Shown in pieces: positions 22,806-36,046 of a DNA stretch of 64,000 nt. Location: contig NW_025767635.1 in the NCBI RefSeq assembly GCF_003918875.1, positions 1,426,001 to 1,490,000 of the forward strand, in the 5' to 3' direction. Made by a program: the position numbers and the translations under genes. The DNA comes from Haliotis rubra. Lineage: Eukaryota. The notes under the pieces are model-generated. The model did no database searches and was not told the origin of the DNA. It saw only the letters and a program-made list of their open reading frames with translations. Numbering within the stretch: position 1 is the stretch's first letter; every line of letters begins with the position of its first letter.

Positions 22806-25800
22806 ATGGAGGAACCTGAATGCGGTAAGTTGGGGACATTTGTTCCCGTTTACGCTCATTAAAAAAATAAAAATGGTCGCGAGAATGTGTTACTGTATGC
22901 GATTTGGAAATGGGGATTAATATGTTATACAATAATAATATAAGCCAGGTGAAGCGCACCGTGTACAGTTAGGGCTTCCCATGTAAACAGCGGCATCTTC
23001 TCACAGTGTAGGCAGTGCCCGTGGCTTCCCTGCTAGCTGATGTACTTTTACTTTCGTTTTGTCATAAATATAAGTAGCTCCTTGTCATATAGTAACAACA
23101 AGATGGAAAACGAAGTTCCTATTCAAACATGAAAACTGCAATCCACTTTTTTTCATTCTCTGTAAACAAATGAAACTGAAAATGTACTGTGTGCCTTTGT
23201 AAGTACACTCATGTTTACATTATTTGCGTGATAATCTGCAGCATTTGCTGGCATGAAAAGTGAAAATGCCAGAAATTGCCAGAGGCAAGAAATTCTACTC
23301 ATCCTCTAAATGGATGTAACTAAGGAAATAAAGGTCAATGAATACACAATGGCATGTGGAAAGTGTAACACGTTATATATTGGGATTACACTTTCTTAGT
23401 ATACCAGTAGTACAGATTCTAGTACTTTTTGGGTTGAGTTCCATCTGTTATTCGAACCCACACCCTCAGAGTCAGGCACCTAACCGCCAGCACACAAAGT
23501 CAGCCATCTAGCTAATCCACTCAGTGGAAGCCGTGCATGGTAGCTGACTATTCGTACTCCTAGACCACTGTCACTGACTAAATAACCGCCATAAAAAAAA
23601 TGACATTTAACAAATGAGACCTATAGGTAGAGAAGTCTTCTTCAAACTGCTCACTAGTAAGAGCTTGAAGAACTGTTGTTTTCTAGACTTCGACGAGACG
23701 ACCAAGGCAGGATTCGTCCGTGTTCGGATGAGGATCCCAGGCATCAAGCCAGGAAAAGGATCCAAACCAGAGAAGGGGAATGCAGAGTTTGAGGGACCTT
23801 TCTATGGCAGTGAGAACCTGTAAGATAAACCCATTCATGTTCATGGATAATTTAGCATTTATATATTAAAATGACATTTTGTGTATTTATCATGTACTGA
23901 AGTAGATATATTTTATGAATAAAAGTAGCTGCAGGAGATCACCTGCAGGAAACGTTCATGGTGTGCTTTAAAGGAAGTGTTGAGTTGCCTATGCTTGTAC
24001 TAGGCCGCTTCATGGATGGAATGCTCAGAATGTGTGACTTGGTTCACTATACACAAAGAACTAAATTAAGCACCCCATGGATTTTTGCAATGAAAGGTTT
24101 TCAACATGTACATAAAATGTCTTGTGGTGACTTCGATGGAAAACATGTTTTTTCTGACCCGTATGATCCTTTGACTCATAACAAAATGACAAAATGCAGA
24201 GCTCCAGATAAGATATATTTTCCGTTATCCACTGCTTTCAAATATGTGTGTATTTCAGTGATTTTACTCACCTAAGTATATGTGACTGAGTAAGTTTACT
24301 AAGCAGGTATGCTCTGACTTATGTCATACCTAATCAAAACCAACTTAAATATAATGGAAATGATTTCATAAAAAATCACTCATCCTATACTGACAGTACA
24401 ACACTTGTCCTATACTAACAGTACAACTTGATAGCAATCGATGTCTTTTTCATTATGCAAGTGAGTTTTTATAAATATATTCCGTATGCATTGTTTTAAA
24501 CTTGTTGCGTATCTAACATTTTAAATGCGTAATTGGTACGCAACAATTATTTCTTTCAATGCGTAATTGGAAAATTTCTATGCGTATTTTACCCAGATAC
24601 GCAGCTTATCTGGGCCTCTGAAAATGATTGCAATCCATGTTGATTTTATGATGATAATTGCGCATTTAAAAAAAAACACACTGATTTTTATACAAAATCA
24701 TGTCTGTACAAGTATTGCCCCGGATTGTTTAGTGTTGAATATAGTGGGTGATTGTGAACATTCAAAACGTCATTTTGCATGTCTTGCACGATTCAAGGTC
24801 AATACCGAGTGTAGCCTCCATGTGACTATGACAGCCAGCACTTTCCTCCTCATACCCCCTGTCAGCCTCCTGATCCTCTTAAGTGGGAGTCTACGTCATT
24901 TCTCATCTAAAGCAGCTTCCAGTTGGGCCAGGTTCTGTACAGAAGGATCCCTTTGTTGCACACGACGACCAATCATGTCCCAGATATGCTCCAAAGGGTT
25001 AAGATCGGGGCTCATTCAATCGTGAGATATGTCAGGGGGTGCTTAACTAAGTTCTTTGTGTATACTAGTATATGTCAAACGATGATGCTCACTATTTCAA
25101 TCACTAGTTTGACTAGTTAGAACTTGATTATTTGAAGGCTGTTGCCATTGACCTAGAATATATTTAATGACAAGGTGTGGAACGGTTGCAGCATGATACA
25201 AACCTCCATACACAGGTAGCAACCCAGGGGCCCTGGACTGAAGGAATGGACCCGGCTTGTTGTCAGGCTGCTGTCATACAGCTGGAACCTTGCTGCATTA
25301 AATAAGAAAGGAACCAGTCACATTGAGGCTTAGTTTCTACCAATAGAACCTGGGGCACATGTAGACTGACAACTGGCAGACCTAAAGTTAGAAACACACA
25401 TTTTGTATCTTCAACATGTTCATTTCTATGCATGTTGGCTTGTATCAGGGGCCATGTATTAAAACTCACAGTTTCCATGGCATTTCATCCTTCGTGTTCA
25501 TGGTTTGTATTTTCTCCTACAAGTGAGAACTTAATGTGCTCCATTACCAACCAGATCCATCACCTTGAAGATCCTGGATAAGGGTGGGCTGGATGACCAC
25601 AACTACCAATATCACGTCAATCATCTCCCAGGTGCCATCAACCCTGAAAAGACCAAATTGAAGGTAAACAATCATCGTCTCTGTAACACTAACAGTGTGA
25701 GGAGTCTTGTGCTGTAACACTAACAGTGTGAGGAGTCTTGTGCTGTAACACTAACAGTGTGAGGAGTCTTGTGCTGTAACACTAACAGTGTGAGGCGTCT

Positions 25801-28194
25801 TGTGCTGTAACACTAACATTGTGAGGCGTCTTGTGCTGTAACACTAACAGTGTGAAGAGTCTTGTGCTGTAACACTAACAGTGTGTGAGTCTTGTGCTTG
25901 TGAGGCGTCTTGTAACACTAACAGTGTGAAGAGTCTTGTGCTGTAACACTAACAGTGTGAGGCTTCATGTGCTGTAACACTAACAGTGTGAGGAGTCTTG
26001 TGCTGTAACACTAACAGTGTGAGGAGTCTTGTGCTGTAACACTAACAGTGTGAGGAGTCTTGTGCTGTAACACTAACAGTGTGAGGCGTCTTGTGCTGTA
26101 ACACTAACAGTGTGAAGAGTCTTGTGCTGTAACACTAACAGTGTGAGGAGTCTTGTGCTGTAACACTAACAGTGTGAGGCTTCATGTGCTGTAACACTAA
26201 CAGTGTGAGGCTTCTTGTGCTGTAACACTAACAGTGTGAGGCGTCTTGTGCTGTAACACTAACAGTGTTAGGAGTCTTGTGCTGTAACACTAACATTGTG
26301 AGGCGTCTTGTGCTGTAACGCTAACAGTGTGAGGAGTCTTGTGCTGTAACACTAACAGTGTGAGGAGTCTTGTGCTGTAACACTAATAGTGTGAGGCGTC
26401 TTGTGCTGTAACACTAACAGTGTGAAGAGTCTTGTGCTGTAACACTAACAGTGTGAAGAGTCTTGTGCTGTAACACTAACAGTGTGAGGCGTCTTGTGCT
26501 GTAACACTAACAGTGTGAGGAGTCTTGTGCTGTTACACTAACAGTGTGAGGAGTCTTGTGCTGTAACACTAACAGTGTGAAGCGTCATGTGCTGTAACAC
26601 TAACAGTGTGAAGAGTCTTGTGCTGTAACACTAACATTGTGAGGCGTCTTGTGCTGTAACACAAACAGTGTGAAGAGTCTTGTGCTGTAACACTAACAGT
26701 GTGAGGAGTCTTGTGCTGTAACACTAACATTGTGATGCGTCTTGTGCTGTAACACTAACAGTGTGAAGAGTCTTGTGCTGTCACACTAACAGTGTGCGGC
26801 TTCATGTGCTGTAACACTAACAGTGTGAGGAGTCTTGTGCTGTAACACTAACAGTGAGGAGTCTTGTGCTGTTACGCTAACAGTGTGAAGAGTCTTGTGC
26901 TGTAACACTAACAGTGTGAGGAGTCTTGTGCTGTAACACTAACAGTGTGAGGCTTCATGTGCTGTAACACTAACAGTGTGAGGAGTCTTGTGCTGTAACA
27001 CTAACAGTGTTAGGAGTCTTGTGCTGTAACACTAACAGTGTGAGGAGTCTTGTGCTGTAACACTAACAGTGTGAGGAGTCTTGTGCTGTTACACTAACAG
27101 TGTGAGGAGTCTTGTGCTGTAACACTAACATTGTGAGGCGTCTTGTGCTGTAACACTAACAGTGTGAGGAGTCTTGTGCTGTTACACTAACAGTGTGAGG
27201 AGTCTTGTGCTGTAACACTAACAGTGTGAAGCGTCATGTGCTGTAACACTAACAGTGTGAAGAGTCTTGTGCTGTAACACTAACATTGTGAGGCGTCTTG
27301 TGCTGTTACACTAACAGTGTGAGGAGTCTTGTGCTGTAACACTAACATTGTGAGGCGTCTTGTGCTGTTACACTAACAGTGTGAGGAGTCTTGTGCTGTA
27401 ACACTAACAGTGTGAGGAGTCTTGTGCTGTAACACTAACAGTGTGAGGAGTCTTGTGCTGTAACACTAACAGTGTGAGGAGTCTTGTGCTGTAACACTAA
27501 CAGTGTGAGGAGTCTTGTGCTGTTACACTAACAGTGTGAGGAGTCTTGTGCTGTAACACTAACAGTGTGAGGCGTCTTGTGCTGTAACACTAACAGTGTG
27601 AAGAGTCTTGTGCTGTAACACTAACAGTGTGAGGCTTCATGTGCTGTAACACTAACAGTGTGAGGAGTCTTGTGCTGTAACACTAACAGTGTGAGGAGTC
27701 TTGTGCTGTTACGCTAACAGTGTGAGGAGTCTTGTGCTGTAACACTAATAGTGTGAGGCGTCTTGTGCTGTAACACTAACAGTGTGAAGAGTCTTGTGCT
27801 GTAACACTAACAGTGTGAAGAGTCTTGTGCTGTAACACTAACAGTGTGAGGAGTCTTGTGCTGTAACACTAACAGTGTGAGGCTTCATGTGCTGTAACAC
27901 TAACAGTGTGAGGCTTCATGTGCTGTAACACTAACAGTGTGAGGCTTCATGTGCTGTAACACTAACAGTGTTAGGAGTCTTGTGCTGTAACACTAACAGT
28001 GTGAAGAGTCTTGTGCTGTAACAGAGTGGTATTAGGATTGTGTTGTAACAGAGTGGTATGTTGATATTGTCTCACATTGTCTGTTCCAACTGTTACAGGT
28101 GGAGAAGGGCTGGGTCATTATGTTTCTGAAGAAGAACAACAAGGACAAGTCCTGGGAGTCAAACTTCAGAAACGGCACCCTGGAGACAGAGTAG
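22806..28194 (+). CDS. Small stand-alone CS/p23-like (HSP20-like fold) protein, 118 aa; join(22806..22824,23687..23819,25555..25663,28099..28194)
   Basis: All four exons have GT/AG boundaries and compatible phases (357 nt). Product: MEEPECDFDETTKAGFVRVRMRIPGIKPGKGSKPEKGNAEFEGPFYGSENLSITLKILDKGGLDDHNYQYHVNHLPGAINPEKTKLKVEKGWVIMFLKKNNKDKSWESNFRNGTLETE*. NY...L...I.PE.T..KV....V...L.K.....W is the CS-domain pattern. AATAAA at 29814. Confidence 0.82.
24798..25015 (-). mobile_element. Tc1/mariner transposase C-terminal remnant
   Basis: SPDLNPLEHIWDMIGRRV and terminal GGYTRY*, with an internal stop. Confidence 0.85.
25681..28022. repeat. 31-bp minisatellite, about 75 copies, filling intron 3 of the CS-domain gene
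   Basis: Unit CTGTAACACTAACAGTGTGAGGAGTCTTGTG. Confidence 0.97.
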
Positions 28195-29899
28195 CATACA
28201 GCGTGGGGGGCACCACTGCTCAGTGAGCACCAGTGGGTATCTAGGTCCTCGCACAAGAACATGTTTCATAACTTGTTAAAGAGTCAAATCTTATTGCTTT
28301 GCTGCTGTTTTAACAGTATTAATTCATCATGGTAGATTTGCATTCTGTAGGCTATCTGTGTTCTGGTTTATGCTTCATATTCAAGAATCTCACACACTAT
28401 GACTTGGAGCCTAAGATGTATTTACTACATTTGATTTTACATTGAGGAAGTAATTATACGCGATCACTCCACATGACATGCTCTGACACAGGAACAGTGA
28501 CCCATTGTACACAGAGGTGGGTGGGTAGGGTGGGTTGTGTGAAGGACAGCAGAATCTTGAACATGTAATGAAGGTCATCTTCAAGGGCAAGGCTGAAAAT
28601 GATTTTTTATGGGTGAACAAAAACAAAATTGTTTTTGAGTTCTTACTTTACATGCCCCCAAAGCAACATTTTCCAGTGTTAGCATCGTGGTATGATGCCA
28701 TGTTTAGTAAGGCTCTGATGCTGTGTCTCCCTGTGAAATACAACATGCAGAGCTTGTACTGGTAATGGTTGAGTTGGAACCATGTTGTGTACAGCTGCTG
28801 CTGCTGCTGCTGTGAAAACGCTCCTGGACTGTCAGACTTCAGCTGATGTTGAGGGAGGGTCCACATGGTACATATGCTGATGCCGTGATGTAGATACTAC
28901 TTTATATCCTGTACCTCATGAGGCTTGAGAGGTCGTCAGTGACCAGGAAGCTTCATTCATGCTGAGCAGAGTAGTGTCCCTTTAGCAGCAAGACTTGTAC
29001 ACGAGACCGGACCTATCCCGCACCTATTCTGATCCATCAGCTCTGTTCCTGTGGTGATCATTGCCAACCGGCATCAGTTTTGTCTTTCTTTCCACAAAGC
29101 TGATGTGAGGCTTGGGAATCCTGAAAGAGTTGAAGCTCAGGCTGGTTCAGTTTCAATCAGTAATCCAACTACCAGAAACATTTTGGTCATATTGTCACGT
29201 GTGGAATGATGTTCGGTTTTATCTTGCAGTGAATGTTTATTTGGCAGACATTTTATTCTATCTGTTGTATGTTTCTGAACAGTACTAAGCTGTACCATAT
29301 ATCCTGTTACTTTATACAGACTGTTGCCTGATCATGTTAATTACCCTCTCGATCAATTGTAGTTCCATCAGATCATGTGATATGTTTTTACTGTGGTAAC
29401 CCATGTTGTTTATGTTTTAAATGTAAACACAGCAATATCAGTGTATGGTCTGTGAGTTTAATAGTATTTGATGACTGTTTATGTTGTAATACTTTATGGG
29501 AACATGCTAGACAGATCATATTAATTTAATATTTTTTTAAAAACTGTAAAATATGCATTATGATAATATAGAAACTGGACATTCCTCACAGAGAATGTTT
29601 TGTTCTGAAGATTTCTTAAGTTATCCTTACAGGAATTTGTAAACAGTCTCCAACAGGTGTTGATCCACTGACCAACTGAACAAAGCTGTATATGTTGTAG
29701 GTAAGATCCAAGTGAATGTCCTACTGCAGACATGTGTCCATCGGATACCATGTTCAGTCAACTGTTGACCTGTAGGTTACTCAGATACTAGTACTTATCT
29801 TGTCATATTTCTCAATAAACATAATTACTGCTTCTGTTGTGTGTTTTACCAACATGTTTTATGGCTTAGTTTGTTAAATCCTGATCATAACATGCAGCC

Positions 29900-30870
29900 C
29901 ATGTATTGAACACCACATGAACATCATGTGTTGAACACCACATGAACATCATGTTATGAACACCACATGAACGTCATGCACTGAACACCACATGAAGGCC
30001 ATGCATTGAACACCACGTGAACATCATGTATTGAACACCACATGAACATCATGTGTTGAACACCACATGAACGTCATGCATTGAACACCACATGAACGTC
30101 ATGCATTGAACACCACATGAACATCATGCATTGAACACCACATGAACATCATGCATTGAACACCACATAAACGTCATGCACTGAACACCACATAAAGGCC
30201 ATGCATTGAACACCACATGAACATCATGCATTGAACACCACATAAACGTCATGCACTGAACACCACATGAAGGCCATGCATTGTACACCACATGAAGGCC
30301 ATGTATTGAAGGCCATGCATTATTGCATTGAACACCAACATGAACCATTGAACGTGAACGCCATGCATTGAACACCAGGTGAAGGCCATGCATTGAACAC
30401 CATGTGAAGGCCATGCATTGAACATCACATGAAGGCCATGTTTTGAACACCACGTGAACGTCATGCATTTAACACCAGGTGAAGGCCATGCATTTAACAC
30501 CATGTGAAGGCCATGCATTGAACACCACATGAAGGTCCTGCATTGAACACCATGTGAAGGCCATGTATTGAACACCACGTGAACGTCATGCATTGAACAC
30601 CACGTGAAAGCCATGCATTTAACACCATGTGAAGGCCATGCATTGAACATCACATGAAGGCCATGTTTTGAACACCACATGAAGGCCATGCATTGAACTC
30701 CACGTGAAGGCCATGCATTGAACACCACGTGAAGGCCATGCATTGAACTCCACGTGAAGGCCATGCTTTGAACACCACGTGAAGGCCATGCATTGAACTC
30801 CACGTGAAGGCCCTGCATTGAACACCACGTGAAGGCCATGTTTTGAACACCACTTGAAGGCCATGTTTTC
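29900..30870. repeat. 25-bp minisatellite
   Basis: Unit GAAGGCCATGCATTGAACACCACGT and variants. Confidence 0.95.
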
Positions 30871-30954
30871 ATCTTGAAGAGATGCCCACATACACAGCAT
30901 AACAGGAAAGCCATGTAGAAGATTGGTACGTCTTGTGAAGGTCAGAATGAGGAG

Positions 30955-31840
30955 TGTCAACACAAGGCTACACTCCCGTAAGCGATCTTAGTACGTCTGA
31001 TATCAACACAAGGCCCTGCTCCCGTAAGCAATCTTAGTACATCTGCTGTCAACACAAGGCCCCACTCCCGTAAGCGATCTTAGTACGTCTGCTGTCAACA
31101 CAAGGCCCCATTCCCGCAGGCGAACTTAGTACATCTGCTGTCAACAAGGCCCCACTCCTGTACGCAATCCCTGTACGTCTGCTGTCAACACAATGCCCCA
31201 CTCCCGTAAGCGATCTTAGTACGTCTGATGTCAACACAAGGCCCCACTCCCGTAAGCGATCTTAGTATGTCTGCTGTCAACACAAGGCCCCACTCCCGCA
31301 GGCGATCTTAGTACATCTGCTGTCAACACAAGGCCCCACACCTGTACGCGATCTCAGTACGTCTGCTGTCAACACAAGGCCCCACTCCCGTAAGCGATCT
31401 TAGTACGTTTGCTGTCAACACAAGGCCCCACTCCCGCAGGCGATCTTAGTACATCTGCTGTCAACACAAGGCCCCGCTCCCGTAAGCGACCTTAGTATGT
31501 CTGCTGTCAACACAAGGCCCCACTCCTGTACGCGATCTCAGTACGTCTGCTGTCAACACAAGGCCCTGCTCCCGTAAGCGATCTTAGTACGTCTGCTGTC
31601 AACACAAGGCCCCATTCCCGTAAGCGATCTAAGTACATATGATGTCAACACAAGGCCCTGCTCCCGTAAGCGATATCAGTACGTCAGGCCCCATTCCCGT
31701 AAGCGATCTCAGTACATCTGCTGTCAACACAAGGCCCCGCTCCTGTAAGCGATCTCAGTACGTCAGGCCCCACTCCCGTAAGCGATCTCAGTACATTTGC
31801 TTTCAACACAAGGCCCTTCTCCTGTAAGCGATCCCAGTAC
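30955..31840. repeat. 46-bp minisatellite
   Basis: Unit GTCAACACAAGGCCCCACTCCCGTAAGCGATCTTAGTACGTCTGCT. Confidence 0.95.
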
Positions 31841-31849
31841 CTTTCGGTA

Positions 31850-32190
31850 TTTACTTTGCCACTTTAGGAAGATTTTTTGTTTTGATAGGCTGTTTATTTC
31901 GTTTTTAGATAATGGTATGCTAAGGTTAACTTCTGGGAGTTTAGGTGCCGCTTTGGCTGCTTGGTCACACACCAACATGGGCAGGGATCGATAGGAACTC
32001 CACCTTATTGCCTCAGGCGTGTAGGTCCTGGGTGGTTTTTAGAATCTCGTTTATTAGTTTAGGTTGGTGTTTGATGTTTTTATTGCTTGCAGCCAACTGA
32101 GTGAGTCTGTTAGAATTAAGATGTTGTGTTGTTTGACGAGCGGGTCTTGGAGTGCATCTTTGAGTGAGTCTTGTTCATTGAAGAACATGC
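31850..32190 (-). mobile_element. Non-LTR retrotransposon (LINE) RNase H fragment
   Basis: Decayed frames LILTDSLSWLQAIK and PAHVGV..DQAAKAA match LINE RNase H motifs (xDSxS; PxHVGxxGNExAD). Confidence 0.7.
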
Positions 32191-32350
32191 AGTTTCTAAC
32201 ATCTGTCATTTTCAGATTTCGACGAAGATAGGCCAGGGTCGGTTCGGATTAGGCTTAGAATTGATGGGATAAAGCCCGGCAACAAGGCATCAAGTGTCCC
32301 TGCATCTGTGGATGTCATCCGCCCCAGGCTGCACGTGACAACGCCAGGGT

Positions 32351-33350
32351 CAGCCACCGCTCGGACAGCAGGTGTGGGGCGCTCACCTTCAGTAAACATG
32401 TACATAGTCCACTATCAGGATGTAGACAGCCACCGCTCGGACAGCAGGTGTGGGGCGCTCACCTTCAGTAAACATGTACATAGTCCACTATCAGGATGTA
32501 GACAGCCACCGCTCGGACAGCAGGTGTGGGGCGCTCACCTTCAGTAAACATATACATAGTCCACTATCAGGAGGTAGACATGCTGCAGCCACCGCTCGGA
32601 CAGCAGGTGTGGGGCGCTCACCTTCAGTAAACATGTACATAGTCCACTATCAGGATGTAGACAGCCACCGCTCGGAAGGCAGGTGTAGGGCGCTCACCTT
32701 CAGTAAACATGTACATAGTCCACTATCAGGATGTAGACAGCCACCGCTCGGACAGCAGGTGTAGGGCGCTCACCTTCAGTAAACATGTACATAGTCCACT
32801 ATCAGGATGTAGACAGCCACCGCTCGGACAGCAGGTGTAGGGCGCTCACCTTCAGTAAACATGTACATAGTCCACTATCAGGATGTAGACAGCCACCGCT
32901 CGGACAGCAGGTGTAGGGCGCTCACCTTCAGTAAACATGTACATAGTCCACTATAAGGATGTAGACAGCCACCGCTCGGAAGGCAGGTGTAGGGCGCTCA
33001 CCTTCAGTAAACATGTACATAGTCCACTATCAGGATGTAGACAGCCACCGCTCGGACAGCAGGTGTAGGGCGCTCACCTTCAGTAAACATGTACATAGTC
33101 CACTATCAGGATGTAGACAGCCACCGCTCGGGCAGCAGGTGTAGGGCGCTCACCTTCAGTAAACATGTACATAGTCTAGTATCAGGATGTAGACAGCCAC
33201 CGCTCGGACAGCAGGTGTAGGGCGCTCACCTTCAGTAAACATGTACATAGTCCACTATCAGGATGTAGACAGCCACCGCTCGGACAGCAGGTGTAGGGCG
33301 CTCACCTTCAGTAAACATGTACATAGTCTAGTATCAGGATGTAGACAGCC
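32351..33350. repeat. 76-bp minisatellite, about 13 copies
   Basis: Unit CAGCCACCGCTCGGACAGCAGGTGTAGGGCGCTCACCTTCAGTAAACATGTACATAGTCCACTATCAGGATGTAGA. Confidence 0.95.
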
Positions 33351-34079
33351 AGTTTCTACTAAATGACGTGTACTCACACCTTACGATGTAACTGTAGGTC
33401 TCTCACAGTGACGGTAGACAACTCCGGCGGATTGGACGGGAACTACAGATACGATGTCCGGGAACTCCCTCACGCCAATGTCCACGGACAAACCAGATTT
33501 GACGTAGGTTAGATTAACACTGAAGTGGAAGAAATAATTTCACATAATTAAGTCAGATAAATCCATGCAGAGTATCGTCTCTTTTAGCTTCAAAATTAAC
33601 TGATCTGTTATCTTAATGATTTCTATTTATCTGTCATCTGCAATAGAATAAGTAAGTTTTATTTATTTCTGTGCTGGTACATTATATCCACTATGACAAT
33701 AATAATCCTGGGGGTAGATGGAATGCTTGAACCATATACTGGCGTTGCCACTTACCGCACACGTCCGTGTGGAACCACGGGTTTAGAAGGGATGAAGCAC
33801 ATGAAGAAGACGGACCCAGGCATTTCGTTGGAGAGGGACTTCCGAGAGGTCAACTCAACCCTCTATCCATATTAGTGATGAACTGTAGTGGCTCTTAATC
33901 TGTACATCGTATCTAACCAAATCAGTAGATTTGCTCTTATCGCCTCAAACATTTCTAACACTGGAGGGACCATGAGGTTGCAAATTCAACCTTCAGTTGC
34001 CTTCTTTAGGAACCAACGTAGCAGCTAAGTGTTCAAGCCAGTTTCCGGAATGTGTGATGCTTAACAGATATTATCAACG

Positions 34080-34080
<1 letters not shown>

Positions 34081-34137
<57 letters not shown>

Positions 34138-34930
34138 AACAGATGTCCAGTGCATATGACGTTCGGTATGATGTAACCAGACAGAATGGTTGTCTCTGGT
34201 GTATTGAACAGGTGTACAGTGTATATGACGTTCTGTACGATAAAACCAGACAGAATGATTGTCTCTGGTGTATTGAACAGGTGTACAGTGTATATGACGT
34301 TCGGTTTGATGTAACCAGACAGTATGATTGTCTCTGGTGTATTGAACAGATGTACAGGGTATATGACGTTCGGTACGATATAACCAGACAGTATGGTTGT
34401 CTCTAGTGTATTGAACAGGTGTACAGGGTATATGACGTTCTGTACGATAAAACCAGACAGAATGATTGTCTCTGGTGTATTGAACAGGTGTACAGGGTAT
34501 ATGACGTTCTGTACGATAAAACCAGACAGAATGATTGTCTCTGGTGCATTGAACAGGTGTACAGGGTATATGACGTTCTGTACGATAAAACCAGACAGAA
34601 TGATTGTCTCTGGTGTATTGAACAGGTGTACAGTGTATATGACGTTCGGTACGATATAACCAGACAGTATGGTTGTCTCTGGTGTATTGAACAGGTGTAC
34701 AGGGTATATGACGTTCGGTACGATATAACCAGACAGTATGGTTGTCTCTGGTGTATTGAACAGATGTACAATGTATATGACGTTCGGTACGATATAACCA
34801 GACAGTATGGTTGTCTCTGGTGTATTGAACAGATGTACAGGGTGTATGACGTTCGGTATGATGTAACCAGACAGAATGGTTGTCTCTGGTGGATTGAACA
34901 GGTATACAGAGTGTATGACGTTCGGTACGG
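34081..34930. repeat. (CTA)n microsatellite joined to a 69-bp minisatellite of about 11 copies
   Basis: CTA run at 34081-34137, then unit AACAGGTGTACAGGGTATATGACGTTCTGTACGATAAAACCAGACAGAATGATTGTCTCTGGTGTATTG. Confidence 0.95.
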
Positions 34931-36046
34931 TATGCAAACTTTCAAGGGTGATGATATAGGACAAGTGAATGTGGAAGTAAGAGTATAGATAATTTATTCA
35001 CTTTCTCTATTAGCAGATTATAACACTTGAGTAGAAAAAATGTCTTTGGCAAAAAATAACAACAATTACTATTGACTGAACAGCAGTGTGGAGTCTGTGG
35101 TTGTAGTGGTTGAGTTCGGTTTAATGTCTCCTTGATATTATTTCACCAATATCACGACTCTTATTGATTTGTAAAAAAGCAAGATGACATATTGACCAAC
35201 AAAAGTAACAGAAAGTTATTCCAAACTGACAACCAGAGAATGAACACAAAGGTATTTGCTCATATCACAGATAACGTTCGTGAAAGCTTTCGTCAGTGTC
35301 CTCCCGAACCGAAAACAGATTTGTTTACTTTTGAGACTAACCCTAATCAGCTTAGAAATCAGAGTTACCTCCCGTTGCAAACCTTATATTCATTTACGGC
35401 GCTTCTATAGATTTTTACATAGAGCATTTTTATATTGGTCACAAAATATCCTATATAATCATAAATATCGGGTCATAATTCGTAGATCGTGCGAAACTGT
35501 ATCATGAGCTGAAAGTCAGCAATCATTAAACTATACCGCTACATCCTGAACATGGCGGGTGATATTCTATCAGCGTTGACTACAGGCACGCGTGAGTCGA
35601 TAACGTGCATTGCTACAGTAGCCCGCGTCACAGCTCCGTCAGGAACTGATGTTACATTATTGGTGACAAAAGCTAAAAACATCCGTGGTGTTGGTAATGA
35701 TGGTGGCAACAGTCAGCTACAATATACAAGATTATCCTGGGATACATTCCATGTGTACAACCCCGACACTGTTCACTCAACTGCAGTTCCAAGTACACTG
35801 GCGCCTACAGGAAGATTTCCTTCACACAGTACATGATTCTATCATCACAAGACCCATGATGGCGCCCATATACAGATACACGTATATAATAACATACTAA
35901 CTTAAGCGAATTATGTACATGGATGTCTGCTGCACTGACCACTACGGCGGAATGTCGGCTTGAATCACAGTCCTGCTTCTCATAGCAGATACAGGGGATG
36001 CCATGACACCCATTGTATAAACACAGCACTTGGTGGTCAGGTTGAT

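Larger units (their letters stand above)
30913..33875 (+). pseudogene. Tandem paralog of the CS-domain gene, probably pseudogenised; exons ?30913..30925, 32216..32348, 33398..33503 and about 33801..33875
   Basis: Exon 2 is 133 nt, as in the first gene (DFDEDRPGSVRIRLRIDGIKPG versus DFDETTKAGFVRVRMRIPGIKPG). Exon 3 SLTVTVDNSGGLDGNYRYDVRELP matches SITLKILDKGGLDDHNYQYHVNHLP with the same phases. The tail MKKTDPGISLERDFR matches LKKNNKDKSWESNFR but has no clear acceptor. Candidate exon 1 reads ATG TAG AAG ATT G|GT. Confidence 0.72.

Noticed and set aside
25681-28022. CRISPR-like regular array with a 31-bp period
   Set aside because: Units are head-to-tail with no unique spacers, there are no cas genes, and it lies in a spliceosomal intron.
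34074-34988. 296-aa ORF with a poly-Ser tail and overlapping ORFs
   Set aside because: They arise from the 69-bp repeat and (CTA)n, are open on both strands, and have no gene context.
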